64,000 nucleotides of DNA from an uncultured Rhodospirillaceae bacterium. GTDB taxonomy: Bacteria > Pseudomonadota > Alphaproteobacteria > UBA2966. Each line of letters opens with the position of its first letter. Position 1 is the first letter of the stretch. The stretch covers positions 73,474-137,473 of the forward strand of contig CAYFKJ010000003.1 of NCBI GenBank assembly GCA_964343605.1, written 5' to 3'. Below are positions 9,437 through 19,527 of this stretch, one piece after another. A program made the position numbers and the translations under genes. The notes under the pieces are model-generated. The model saw nothing but the letters and a program-made list of their open reading frames with translations, had not been told where the DNA came from and did no database searches.

Positions 9437-11048
9437 CGAGCGGACTCCCGTGAAGGTGGTTCAGCGTAAATCTGGTCGGGGAAGCCGTCAACGCGGCTTG
9501 CTCCCTTTGGTCCTGGCGTCGGCCCTGCTTGCGGCCTGTTCCAGCGAACCCGAGGTTACCACGCTTGAGTTGGGCGAGGTGATTGAGGGATTCGTCGGGG
9601 GCGTGGCGGCGGACGAGCCACGGGCGGCGTTGGTCGCCCAGGACGTATTGGCGGCAGGCGGTACGGCCGCGGACGCTTCGGTCGCCTTGGCATTCTCCAT
9701 GGCCGTCACGTACCCGTCGGCGGCCTCCCTCGGCGGCGGCGGCGCCTGCGTTATTTACGATGCGGCGACGCAAACTTCCGAAACCATCAGTTTCCTGCCG
9801 GGCCGCCCCGCCCGGGGCGGCATCGTGGCGGTGCCCGGCACCGTGCGGGGCATGGCCGCCCTGCACAGCCGATATGGCCGGATAGGCTGGGCCGATCTGG
9901 TATCGCCTGCGGAAATCCTGGCCCGGCGCGGCCATTCGGTATCGCGGGCCTTGGCTGGTCCCCTGGTCGCCGCCCGGCCCCTGTTGGCGGCCGAGCAGGG
10001 GCTGCGCTCCATCTTCATGACGCCGAGCGGCAAGGTGCTGACCGAAGGAGATACGCTCTCCCAAGTTCCCTTGTCCGCGGTATTGGCGCAAATTCGCGTG
10101 CGTGGGCCGGGCGAGCTCTATATCGGGCCGGCTGCCCTAAATTTCGTCAGCGGCGCGCGCGCGCTCGGCGGCGTCGTCGAATTGGCCGATCTCAGGGGGT
10201 ATCGGCCTTCCTGGCACGACACCATATCGATGAACACGGGCAAGTTCGTGTACCACACCAGCCCCGGTCCCATGACCGGCGGCGCCATTGCCGGTCAGAT
10301 GTGGGCCATGCTGAACGAGAACCAGCGTTTGGCGAAAGCCAAGGGCGCCCAGCGCACGCACCTGTTGGCCGAGGTTTCCGCCCGGGCCTATGGCGATCGG
10401 CGCGTTAACGCCAAGCGGCCGCTGTCGTCGTTCCGGGCGCATGCCCTGATGACAGGATATTTACCCAACCGGCATCCGCCCATGCCGAATTCGCATCAAC
10501 CGGCCCTTAGCCCGGAATTGGGCGAAGGCGGCTCGACGGGATTCGCGGTGGTTGACCGCGAGGGGTCGGCCGTCGCCTGCACGCTCTCCATGGGCCGGGT
10601 CTTCGGCGCCGGCCGGGCCGACCGGCTGACCGGCATCGTGTTTGCCGCGCCGCCGATCCAAAGCGATTTCGAATTTCTCGGCCCCGCCTTGGTAATCGGA
10701 CCAGAAGGCCGCGTGATCATGGCGGCGGCGGCGTCGGGTGGGCCTGCGGCGCCGGCCGCCCTGGTGCAGGGTGCGTTGGTGGGCGTCGAGAACGGTACTT
10801 TGAACAACGTTCTGGGCGCGCCACGCGTGTTTCATCCCAGCAATCCCGATCTCGCCTATGTCGAGCCCGACATGCACGGAGACATCGTCGCCAATATGCG
10901 GCGGCGGGGTCATACGCTGCGAATGGCGCCATCGCTGGGCCGGGTGAACGCCATTCTCTGTCCCGGCGGACTGGGCGGCGACAACGCCAAGTGTGAATAT
11001 CGCAGCGATCAACGCGGCTACGGCCTGGCTGTCGGCGGCGAGTTTTGA
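9423..11048 (+). CDS. gamma-glutamyltransferase-family lipoprotein
   Basis: GGT-family N-terminal motifs (DEPRAALVAQDVLAAGGTAADASVA; SLGGGGACVIYD). Lipobox LLAAC. The exact start is uncertain because it overlaps the divergent M48 gene. Confidence 0.7.
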   Translation: MELDNERTPVKVVQRKSGRGSRQRGLLPLVLASALLAACSSEPEVTTLELGEVIEGFVGGVAADEPRAALVAQDVLAAGGTAADASVALAFSMAVTYPSAASLGGGGACVIYDAATQTSETISFLPGRPARGGIVAVPGTVRGMAALHSRYGRIGWADLVSPAEILARRGHSVSRALAGPLVAARPLLAAEQGLRSIFMTPSGKVLTEGDTLSQVPLSAVLAQIRVRGPGELYIGPAALNFVSGARALGGVVELADLRGYRPSWHDTISMNTGKFVYHTSPGPMTGGAIAGQMWAMLNENQRLAKAKGAQRTHLLAEVSARAYGDRRVNAKRPLSSFRAHALMTGYLPNRHPPMPNSHQPALSPELGEGGSTGFAVVDREGSAVACTLSMGRVFGAGRADRLTGIVFAAPPIQSDFEFLGPALVIGPEGRVIMAAAASGGPAAPAALVQGALVGVENGTLNNVLGAPRVFHPSNPDLAYVEPDMHGDIVANMRRRGHTLRMAPSLGRVNAILCPGGLGGDNAKCEYRSDQRGYGLAVGGEF

Positions 11049-11085
11049 ATACGATGAGCAACTTTCCGGCGGAGCCCGTTCGGCG

Positions 11086-12261
11086 ATGAAGATCGCGCGG
11101 CGCACCGATGCGATTACGCCGTTCTTTGCCATGGAGGTCATGAAGGCCGCCAACGAGCGGGCGGCTGCGGGCGGTGACGTCCTGCACATGGAGGTCGGCG
11201 AACCCGCGGGCGGGGCCCCGGCAGCGGTTGTCGAATCCGCTCAAGCCTCTCTCAAGCAGGCGGCCGGTTTGGGCTATACCGAAGCCCTCGGCCTGCCCGA
11301 ACTGAGGGCCGCCATCGCCGCCCACTATATCGAGAGTTACGGCGTGGCGACCGATCCGTCGCACATCGTTGTCACCACCGGTTCGTCGGGCGGATTTCTA
11401 CTCGCATTTTCGACGGCCTTCGACGTCGGTGACCGCGTCGCCCTGGCCGCACCCGGATATCCTGCGTACCGCAACATTATGGCCGGTCTGGGTATCGAGG
11501 CGTCGGCTATCCTGACGGGACCGGAAACGCGATTTCAACCGACGCCCGAGCTATTGGAGAAAGCCGAGGCGGAGGGCGGCAAGCTTGACGGCCTGCTGAT
11601 CGCCAGTCCGGCCAACCCCACCGGCACGATGCTCGACCATGCGGCTCTTGCCGCTTTGGTCGATTACTGCCGCGACCGGGACATACGCATCATCTCGGAC
11701 GAGGTTTATCACGGCATCACCTATGGCGCCGCCGCCGAAACCATCGTGGCGTTCGATGAGCACGCCGTCGCGGTCAACAGTTTTTCCAAGTATTTCGCGA
11801 TGACGGGCTGGCGGTTGGGTTGGATGGTCCTGCCTGAAGATCTGGTGCGGCCGGTGGAACGGCTGGCGCAGAACCTCTACATCTCGCCGCCCACATTGTC
11901 GCAGCATGCCGCCGCCGCGGCCTTTGCATCATCCGGGGAACTCAATGCCAAGGTCGCCGGATACGCGCGCAACCGCGAAATGTTGTTGCGCGAGATGCCG
12001 AAGGCCGGGTTCGACAATTTGGCGCCGGCCGACGGTGCGTTTTACATATTCGCCGACGTTAGCAACCTGACGAACGATTCAAGTGAGTTCTGCCGGCGGA
12101 TGCTGGCGGAGACCGGTGTGGCGGCAACGCCCGGGATCGATTTCGATCCCGACAGGGGTGCGGCCTACGTGCGCTTTTCCTTCGCCGGTGAATATGCCGA
12201 TATGGCGGAAGCCGCCAAGCGGCTCAAAGGTTGGTTGGCAAAAAAACCTGTTTCAGACTAA
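11086..12261 (+). CDS. pyridoxal-phosphate-dependent aminotransferase, class I (aspartate/aromatic aminotransferase family)
   Basis: The N-terminus MKIARRTDAITPFFAMEVMKAA is typical of class-I aminotransferases. GGAG RBS 11 nt upstream. Stop TAA at 12259-12261. Confidence 0.8.
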   Translation: MKIARRTDAITPFFAMEVMKAANERAAAGGDVLHMEVGEPAGGAPAAVVESAQASLKQAAGLGYTEALGLPELRAAIAAHYIESYGVATDPSHIVVTTGSSGGFLLAFSTAFDVGDRVALAAPGYPAYRNIMAGLGIEASAILTGPETRFQPTPELLEKAEAEGGKLDGLLIASPANPTGTMLDHAALAALVDYCRDRDIRIISDEVYHGITYGAAAETIVAFDEHAVAVNSFSKYFAMTGWRLGWMVLPEDLVRPVERLAQNLYISPPTLSQHAAAAAFASSGELNAKVAGYARNREMLLREMPKAGFDNLAPADGAFYIFADVSNLTNDSSEFCRRMLAETGVAATPGIDFDPDRGAAYVRFSFAGEYADMAEAAKRLKGWLAKKPVSD

Positions 12262-12264
12262 ATC

Positions 12265-12380
12265 GTCATTCCCGCGCAGGCGGGAATCCATGCCGTAGCC
12301 TCGAAAAATTGTGCCTTGTAGTGGGAACCGTACGCTCAGGCATGGATTCCGGACAAGCGCGACGCGCTTTCCGGAATGGC
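12265..12380. repeat. MITE/REP-like intergenic element, copy 2
   Basis: It starts 4 nt after the aminotransferase stop. Its ends GTCATTCCCGCGCAGGCGGGAATCCAT ... TCAGGCATGGATTCCGGACAAGCGCGACGCGCTTTCCGGAATGGC match copy 1. Confidence 0.6.
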
Positions 12381-12400
12381 AAAAAACCGGGCGTTAGAAT

Positions 12401-12442
12401 GAAAAAAAGGGCGGCCACCGGAAACGGGGCCGCCCTCTTTGG
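12401..12442. terminator. bidirectional rho-independent terminator (aminotransferase / rne convergent pair)
   Basis: 11-bp GC stem GGGCGGCC(A)CCG-GAAA-CGGGGCCGCCC with a GNRA tetraloop. It is flanked by an A7 tract on the plus strand, which reads as T7 on the rne strand. Confidence 0.6.
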
Positions 12443-12459
12443 GTTCGGGAGTTTAGGCG

Positions 12460-15174
12460 CTAGCCGCGCTGCCACCATCCCTTGCGGCGGGATTTCGGAG
12501 CGTCCTCTTCAGCCGCATTCGTCCCGTCGTCGGGGGCCGGCTCGGTCGCCACGATTTGCGGCGTGGCAATTTCCGTCGCAGGCTCGGCAACTTCCGCGAC
12601 GCCGATGTCGGCATCGGCGGCGAGTGTCGGCTCGGGTTCAGGTTCCGCTTCCGGTTCGGCCTCGGCTTCCGTTACCGCTTCGGCCTCAGCCTCAGCCTCA
12701 GCCGGCTCGTCGGCGGGTTCGGGAGCGTCTGCCTCTTCCGCTTCCGGTTCAGTCGGGGCTTCTGCCTCTGTGGGCGATTCTTGGTCGCCGTCCTCAGCTT
12801 CAACGGTTTCCACCGGCGCGTCTTCCGTTACCGGCTGATCGCTTTCGGCATCGGCCGCGGCTTCGGTTTCGGGGGCAGCAGTCTCGTCGGTTGTCGCCTC
12901 CGTTACCTCCTGAGCCTCCGCCTCAACCGGCGTTTCGGCTGCCGGCTTGCGGCTGCGGCGACGACGGCGGCGGCGGCGGGGTTTCTCTTCCGCGACACCG
13001 CTGTCCTTGGCCTCCGAGTCGGCATCAACCGCTTCGTCCGCAGAATCGGCCTCCTGAGCGGCGGGCTGCTCATCGGGCGTGGCCTCCTTGTCTTCGTCGG
13101 ATTTCGCCTCGTCCGTCGCTGTTTCCGTAGACTCAGCGCTCTCCGTCTTGCCACGACGGCGGCGGCCACCACGCTTGCCGCGCCGGCGCCGTTTTTTGGG
13201 CTGGGTGTCTTCGTCGCTGTCCGAATCGTCGGCTTCGACGATGATCACTTCGCTTACCGCCTCGATTTCCTCGACTTCGCCGCTGTGCGTGCGGACCCGT
13301 TCCAGACGATAGTCCGGCGGCACCAGGCTTTCGTCGGCGCCGATCCCGATGCGCATCTTGAAGCGTTCTTCCAGCAGCAAAACGCCGTCGCGTTTCTGGT
13401 TGAGCAGGTAGAGCGCCACCGGCGTCGCCACGTGAATGAGTATCTCGGCCGCCCGGCCACGAATGCCTTCTTCCTCGATGGCCCGCAGCACGTGGAGGGC
13501 CGAGCTTTCGATGGAGCGCACCACGCCGGTGCCCTCGCAGTGGGCACAGACCTCTGTACTCGCCTCGATCAGGCTGGGCCGCAGGCGCTGGCGCGACATC
13601 TCCAAGAGCCCGAACGGGCTGATGCGGCCGACCTGGATGCGGGCACGGTCTGATTTGAGCTTTTCCTTCAGCCGCCGTTCGACGTTGCGGGCGTTACGCG
13701 ATTCGTCCATATCGATGAAGTCGATGACGACAAGACCGGCCAGGTCCCGCAGACGCAATTGGCGAGCCACTTCCTCGGCCGCCTCCAGGTTCGTGCGGTA
13801 GGCGGTTTCCTCAATGTTGCGTTCGCGCGTCGAGCCGCCGGAGTTGACGTCGATGGCGACCAGCGCCTCCGTCGGGCTGATGACGATGTAGCCGCCGGAT
13901 TTGAGCTGCACGGTGGGGCTGTGCATCGAATCGAACTGCTGCTCCACCTGGTAGCGATGGAACAGGGGAATGCGGTCGGCATAGGGCTGCACGCGCTTGG
14001 CATGAGAGGGCATGAGCATCTTCATGAAGCTCTTGGCGGCCTTGTAGCCTTCCTCGCCCTCGACGAGCACTTCGTCGATTTCCTTGGAATAGAGATCCCG
14101 GATCGAACGCTTGATGAGGTTCGCCTCTTCGTAAGTCAGGCTGGGCGCCGTCGATTCAAGCGTGAGTTCACGGACGCTGTCCCACAGGCGCAAGAGATAC
14201 TCGTAGTCGCGTTTGATCTCCGCCTTGCTGCGCGATTGGCCGGCGGTGCGGACAATCAGGCCCATGCCGGCCGGAACCTTCAGGCCGTCGATGACGCCCT
14301 TGAGTTTTTTGCGGTCCGACTGACTCGTGATCTTGCGGCTGACGCCGCCGCCTCTGGCGGTGTTGGGCATCAGGACGCAGTAGCGGCCCGCCAGTGAAAG
14401 ATAAGTGGTGAGCGCCGCACCCTTGTTGCCGCGTTCCTCCTTGACCACTTGCACCAGAAGGATTTGCCGGCGTTTGATGACTTCCTGAACCTTGTAACGG
14501 CGTTGCGGCCGGCGGCGGGGGCGGGCGACTTCGTCCAGTTCATCACCGCCCACGGCCACGACATTGCGGCCCCGGGGCTTGGGTTCGCCGTCGTCGGCGT
14601 CGTCAATTTCGCCTTCGTCGAGATCCGCTTCCTCAGCCGCCAGGTCGGCTTCGCCTTCCGCGTCCTCGGGATCGTCGGTGTCGCCGGCGTCGGCTTCCGG
14701 TTCTCCTCCATCGGCCTCCGCGCTTACGTCTTTTTCGTCGCCATCATCGGTCACGTCCTCGACGCCGTTGAGATCGTCCTCGGTATCGAGGTCTTCGGCG
14801 TCGGCTTCCTCGTCCTCGTCCTCGTTGGCTTCGGCCTGGGCGGAGCGCTCGGCCTCCGCTTCCTCCTCGGCGACCTCGGCAGCGCCCTCAAACGCTTCCT
14901 GTTCAAGCAGCGCCTGGCGGTCCTCAATCGGGATCTGGTAATAGTCGGGATGGATTTCGCTGAAGGGCAGGAAGCCGTGCCGGTTGCCGCCGTAGTCGAC
15001 GAACGCGGCCTGAAGCGACGGCTCAACGCGCGTCACTTTGGCAAGATAGATATTGCCCTTGAGCTGCTGTTTGGTGGCTGATTCGATATCGAATTCTTCG
15101 AGGCGCGTTCCCCGAACGACCACGACCCGGGTTTCTTCCGGATGGGCCGCGTCAATAAGCATACGCGTAGCCAT
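12460..15174 (-). CDS. rne: ribonuclease E
   Basis: The N-terminus MATRMLIDAAHPEETRVVVVRGTRLEEFDIESATKQQLKGNIYLAKVTRVEPSLQAAFVDYG is canonical RNase E (S1/catalytic domain). The long acidic/Arg-rich low-complexity C-terminal half is the usual degradosome scaffold. Confidence 0.93.
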   Translation of the reverse strand: MATRMLIDAAHPEETRVVVVRGTRLEEFDIESATKQQLKGNIYLAKVTRVEPSLQAAFVDYGGNRHGFLPFSEIHPDYYQIPIEDRQALLEQEAFEGAAEVAEEEAEAERSAQAEANEDEDEEADAEDLDTEDDLNGVEDVTDDGDEKDVSAEADGGEPEADAGDTDDPEDAEGEADLAAEEADLDEGEIDDADDGEPKPRGRNVVAVGGDELDEVARPRRRPQRRYKVQEVIKRRQILLVQVVKEERGNKGAALTTYLSLAGRYCVLMPNTARGGGVSRKITSQSDRKKLKGVIDGLKVPAGMGLIVRTAGQSRSKAEIKRDYEYLLRLWDSVRELTLESTAPSLTYEEANLIKRSIRDLYSKEIDEVLVEGEEGYKAAKSFMKMLMPSHAKRVQPYADRIPLFHRYQVEQQFDSMHSPTVQLKSGGYIVISPTEALVAIDVNSGGSTRERNIEETAYRTNLEAAEEVARQLRLRDLAGLVVIDFIDMDESRNARNVERRLKEKLKSDRARIQVGRISPFGLLEMSRQRLRPSLIEASTEVCAHCEGTGVVRSIESSALHVLRAIEEEGIRGRAAEILIHVATPVALYLLNQKRDGVLLLEERFKMRIGIGADESLVPPDYRLERVRTHSGEVEEIEAVSEVIIVEADDSDSDEDTQPKKRRRRGKRGGRRRRGKTESAESTETATDEAKSDEDKEATPDEQPAAQEADSADEAVDADSEAKDSGVAEEKPRRRRRRRRSRKPAAETPVEAEAQEVTEATTDETAAPETEAAADAESDQPVTEDAPVETVEAEDGDQESPTEAEAPTEPEAEEADAPEPADEPAEAEAEAEAVTEAEAEPEAEPEPEPTLAADADIGVAEVAEPATEIATPQIVATEPAPDDGTNAAEEDAPKSRRKGWWQRG

Positions 15175-15682
15175 AATATTAACCTTGGGACGGCCGACCT
15201 CCTGCGCGAATAACAGGCGGAAAGCCGCCGCTCATATATGGGCGAGATCGGTTCACCTGGCCGGCTCCAACCATTCCTTCGGGTTTGGAACCGACGCCGA
15301 CAACCGCATCGCGGTTTGCCGGGGTCCGGCCTCGCAGTTTCAACATAACTCTGCATTGTCTTGAGCGCTGATGGCCGAGTGGACTTGCCGAAACAGGAAA
15401 GCGGTGTGCCGAGTATCCCTTACCGAGTTTTTAGAGAAACGGTTTGGGACGGCCCCCTTCGTCCTGTTTCTGCGGTCCCGTCTTCGGATGCCGCGCCGCC
15501 AATTCCCGAATCTTCGAGAAATGGCTGACCACAGAGATTCGCATCGGCATCATAGTCTCAGTAACCTAGAGATGACAAACGAATTCGCGAGTGTTGCCGC
15601 CGGGGCGCGACGAATTCTAGATCGTTGCGTCTATACCCTAAATCGCATTATATCTAGTGGAAGGGAGCGGAGATTATACCAT
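15175..15682. promoter_or_regulatory. ~500 bp divergent intergenic region: long rne 5' leader plus amiC promoter
   Basis: No credible ORF. RNase E genes are classically autoregulated through long structured 5' UTRs. Confidence 0.35.
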
Positions 15683-16915
15683 ATGTTGCCTAGTTTTCGT
15701 GACCAGGGCCTTACCCGATTGTTGCGCATGTGCCACCTGGCCGTCAGGATTCTGATCCGTCTCGCACTCGGGACGCTCGTTTTCGGCTTGGCGTCGGCCG
15801 GCCAAGCGAGTGCCGCACCCGTGGTTACCGGCGTGCGCACCGGCGTTCACGCGGATATGACGCGCATTGTGCTGGACATGACAGAGGGGGTCGGATTCCA
15901 GGTTTTCCTGCTCGACAATCCGTACCGTGCCGTCGTCGACATGAACGAAGTGACCTGGCAGGTGTCGCCGGACAAACTGCGCAACCAGGGCCTGATCAAG
16001 GGCATGCGGTTCGGCCTGTTCACGGCCGGCACCTCGCGCGTCGTCGTCGATCTGACCGGGCCAGCGAAGGTTCATCGGGCGTTTTCCCTGGCGCCGCGGG
16101 GCGGATCGGGACATCGATTGGTGATCGATCTGGCCGGCATTGCGGGCAGCCAATTCAAACGCAGCACCGGCAAACGATCGAACAAACCCAAGGTACTGTT
16201 CACGCCGCCCAAACCGGCCCAGAAACCGAATCCCAAGCCCGTTATCGTCCTCGATCCGGGCCATGGCGGGGTCGATCCCGGCGCCATCGGCGGGCGCGGC
16301 GTGTACGAGAAAAACGTGACGCTCCGTGTCGCCCGAGAATTAAGGGAAAAACTTTTAAAAACAAAACGTTATAAGGTTGTTTTAACCCGAGATAGGGACG
16401 TCTTCGTCCGTCTGCGCAATCGCGTCGCCAAGGGCCGGGCGGTACGTGGAGACCTGTTCATCTCCCTCCATGCCGACAGTATCGGCAAACGCAGCGTCCG
16501 GGGGGCCAGCGTCTATACCCTGTCGGAGCGGGCGTCGGACAAGGAGGCGGCGGCGCTTGCCCGCAGGGAAAACAAGGCCGACATCATCGCCGGCATGGAT
16601 TTCGGCGAGCAAAGCGAGGATGTCGCCAATATCCTGATCGACCTGGCCCAGCGTGAAACCATGAACCTGTCGGCTACATTCGCCAACATCGCGGTGAACA
16701 AGCTGGCGGACAGCGTCAGGGTATTGCGCCGCAGCCACCGCTTTGCCGGCTTCGCCGTCCTCAAGGCGCCGGATGTGCCGTCCGTTCTGGTTGAAATGGG
16801 CTACCTCTCGAACGCTCAGGATGAGCGCATGCTCAATTCGCCCAAGCGGCGGGCGAAGCTCGTGGCGGCCCTGGTCACCGCCATCGACAAGTATTTTCAG
16901 AAAGGCGCGAATTAG
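15683..16915 (+). CDS. amiC: N-acetylmuramoyl-L-alanine amidase (AMIN domain + Amidase_3)
   Basis: VLDPGHGGVDPGAIG zinc-amidase motif. Signal peptide LALGTLVFGLASAGQASA. AAGGGAGCGGAG RBS before the ATG at 15683. Confidence 0.82.
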   Translation: MLPSFRDQGLTRLLRMCHLAVRILIRLALGTLVFGLASAGQASAAPVVTGVRTGVHADMTRIVLDMTEGVGFQVFLLDNPYRAVVDMNEVTWQVSPDKLRNQGLIKGMRFGLFTAGTSRVVVDLTGPAKVHRAFSLAPRGGSGHRLVIDLAGIAGSQFKRSTGKRSNKPKVLFTPPKPAQKPNPKPVIVLDPGHGGVDPGAIGGRGVYEKNVTLRVARELREKLLKTKRYKVVLTRDRDVFVRLRNRVAKGRAVRGDLFISLHADSIGKRSVRGASVYTLSERASDKEAAALARRENKADIIAGMDFGEQSEDVANILIDLAQRETMNLSATFANIAVNKLADSVRVLRRSHRFAGFAVLKAPDVPSVLVEMGYLSNAQDERMLNSPKRRAKLVAALVTAIDKYFQKGAN

Positions 16916-17033
16916 TTGTCGGTGGGCGACAGGAGAGACATTTCGGCCCTCCGGCCACATCACGGCCACATTTGTCTTTTACGGGTAGGCGGAGCGGAAC
17001 CATCGGGGCAAGAAAAATGATGGACGCGGCGGC

Positions 17034-19442
17034 ATGACAAGAATTCTCGCGGCCCTGTTCGGCACATTGGTGCTGGTCGGCATTACGGTGGCGGGCGGCG
17101 TGGTCTGGGGGCTTTACCACTATGGACGCGGCCTGCCGGATTACCAGCAGCTCGCCCATTACGAACCACCGACGGTGACGCGGGTTCACGCCGGCGACGG
17201 GCGGCTGCTGGTGGAATACGCCACCGAGAAGCGGGTTTTCGTCCCCATCGGCGCCATTCCGCGCCGCGTCATCAACGCTTTCCTGGCGGCCGAGGACAAG
17301 AATTTCTACACCCACTCCGGTGTCGATTTCCTCAGCATCGTGCGGGCCGCCGTCACCAATCTGATCAACATCGCCCGCGACCGCCGCCCCGTCGGCGCCT
17401 CGACCATCACCCAGCAGGTGGCCAAGAACTTCCTGCTCACCAACGAGGTCTCGATCGAGCGCAAGATCAAGGAAGCCATCCTGGCCTTCCGCATCGAGCG
17501 CGCCTTCACCAAGGACCGCATCCTTGAGCTCTACCTCAACGAAATCTACCTGGGCTTCGGCTCCTACGGGGTCGCCGCCGCGGCGCTCAACTACTTCGAC
17601 AAACCCATGGACGAGCTGACCCTGGCCGAGGTTGCCTATCTCGCGGCCTTGCCCAAGGCGCCCAACAACTACCATCCGGTGCGGCGGCCCGAGGCGGCCC
17701 TGGCGAGGCGCAACTGGGTGATCGAACGCATGCTGATCGAGGACTTCGTCACGCCGCAGGAGGCCTCCTGGGCGCGGGCGTTGCCCCTCAACATCCGCCG
17801 CCGGACGGCGACCGAGTTCGTGTCTGCCGACTATTTCACCGAGGAAGTCCGGCGGCAGCTCATCAAGAAATACGGCGAGAACGGCCTCTACGAGGGCGGC
17901 TTGTCGGTGCGCACCACGCTCGATCCCCGGCTGCAGGGCATTGCCCAGGAGGTGCTCCGCGCTGGCATCGAGGCCTACGACCGGCGCCATGGCTGGCGCG
18001 GTCCCATCACCAGCTTCGAGGTTGGTCACGATTGGGCCGAGACGCTGACGGCCATCAAACGGCCCGGCCGGCTGGGCGACTGGAAGATGGCGGTGGTGCT
18101 GTCGGTGCTCGAAACCGGCGCTGAGGTCGGTTTCGCCAGCGGCGCGCGCGGCTTCATTCCGATGAAAGGGATGGCCTGGGCCCGGCCCTGGAAGAAGGGT
18201 CAGCGGGTCGGGCCGAAACCCAAGACGCCGATGGAAATTCTGGCGGTCGGCGACGTCGTTCCCGTTGTCGCCGATCAGGAACGCACCCTCGGCGTTTACC
18301 AACTCAAACAAATACCTGAGATTGAGGGCGGCATCGTCGCCATGGATCCCCACACCGGGCGGGTGCTGGCGATGGTCGGCGGTTTCGACTATGCGGGCAG
18401 CGAATTCAATCGGGCGACGCAAGCCAAACGGCAGCCCGGATCGGCTTTCAAGCCGTTCGTCTACGCCGCCGCGTTGGAGCACGGCTTTACCCCGGCGAGC
18501 CTCGTCCTCGACGCCCCGTTCGTCATGGACCAGGGCCCCGGCCTGCCCAAATGGAAGCCCGCCAACTACACCAAAAAATTCTATGGTCCCAGTACGTTAC
18601 GGCTCGGAATTGAGAAATCACGTAATCTAATGACGGTGCGTTTGGCGCAGTTCATCGGCATGGAGATCGTCAGTGACTATGCCCGCCGCTTCGGCATCAT
18701 CGACAACATGCCGGAGATCCTTTCCATGTCCCTGGGCGCCGGCGAAACAACCCTGATGAAGCTGACCACCGCCTACGCCATGCTGGTCAACGGCGGCAAG
18801 GACATCAAGCCGACCTTGATCGACCGCATCCAGGACCGGCGCGGCCGCACGGTGTTCCGTCACGACCCCAGACCCTGCGTCGACTGCCGCGAATTGCGCT
18901 GGCTGGGCCAGAAGCCGCCGGTCATCGAGGACACCCGGTCTGCCGTGATTGCCCCCCAGACCGCCTATCAAGTCGTTTCCATGCTGGAGGGCGTGGTCGA
19001 ACGCGGCACCGGGCGGCGTATCAGGGCGGTGGGCAAGCCCCTTGCGGGCAAGACCGGCACGACCAATCAGGCGCTGGATACCTGGTTCATGGGCTTTTCG
19101 CCCGACCTCGCCATCGGTGTATATGCCGGCTTCGACAAGCCGAAAAGCCTGGGGCCGAGGGAGCAGGGGGCCTCCGTCGCCGCCCCCATCTTCCGTGACT
19201 TCGCCGCCCGCGCGCTGGAGGGCCAGCCCGCCATCCCGTTCCGCGTACCGCCCGGCATCCGTCTCGTGCGCGTCAACGCCAACACGGGTTTGCCGGCCGC
19301 TCCCTGGGACAAGAAAGTCATCCTCGAAGCCTTCCGTCCCGGCACCGAACCCACCAAGGGCGCCCCCGTCCTCGACGGCTCCGAAACCGCCGAAACCGCG
19401 GGATCGGGCAACGCCGTATCGGGTACCGGCGGGCTGTACTGA
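17034..19442 (+). CDS. mrcA: penicillin-binding protein 1A (bifunctional glycosyltransferase/transpeptidase)
   Basis: GT51 motifs (EDKNFYTHSGVD, RRPVGASTITQQVAKN) and transpeptidase motifs (SxxK in PGSAFKPF; KTGTT). Confidence 0.9.
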   Translation: MTRILAALFGTLVLVGITVAGGVVWGLYHYGRGLPDYQQLAHYEPPTVTRVHAGDGRLLVEYATEKRVFVPIGAIPRRVINAFLAAEDKNFYTHSGVDFLSIVRAAVTNLINIARDRRPVGASTITQQVAKNFLLTNEVSIERKIKEAILAFRIERAFTKDRILELYLNEIYLGFGSYGVAAAALNYFDKPMDELTLAEVAYLAALPKAPNNYHPVRRPEAALARRNWVIERMLIEDFVTPQEASWARALPLNIRRRTATEFVSADYFTEEVRRQLIKKYGENGLYEGGLSVRTTLDPRLQGIAQEVLRAGIEAYDRRHGWRGPITSFEVGHDWAETLTAIKRPGRLGDWKMAVVLSVLETGAEVGFASGARGFIPMKGMAWARPWKKGQRVGPKPKTPMEILAVGDVVPVVADQERTLGVYQLKQIPEIEGGIVAMDPHTGRVLAMVGGFDYAGSEFNRATQAKRQPGSAFKPFVYAAALEHGFTPASLVLDAPFVMDQGPGLPKWKPANYTKKFYGPSTLRLGIEKSRNLMTVRLAQFIGMEIVSDYARRFGIIDNMPEILSMSLGAGETTLMKLTTAYAMLVNGGKDIKPTLIDRIQDRRGRTVFRHDPRPCVDCRELRWLGQKPPVIEDTRSAVIAPQTAYQVVSMLEGVVERGTGRRIRAVGKPLAGKTGTTNQALDTWFMGFSPDLAIGVYAGFDKPKSLGPREQGASVAAPIFRDFAARALEGQPAIPFRVPPGIRLVRVNANTGLPAAPWDKKVILEAFRPGTEPTKGAPVLDGSETAETAGSGNAVSGTGGLY

Positions 19443-19527
19443 GAACACCGTCCATTTCCATTGACGCTTTTGCCACGCCCAAGTACCGTCTCGCCGCACG
19501 AGATCGCGATTCGTTGGGAGTAGGGCG

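Noticed and set aside
12470-13260. Periodic GC-rich repeats (gcctcggcttcc.., gcctcagcctcagcc) that might look like a tandem-repeat or CRISPR-like array
   Set aside because: They lie inside rne and encode its acidic (EAEAEPEP...) and Arg-rich degradosome scaffold. The repeat units are irregular with no spacers, so this is coding low-complexity sequence, not CRISPR.
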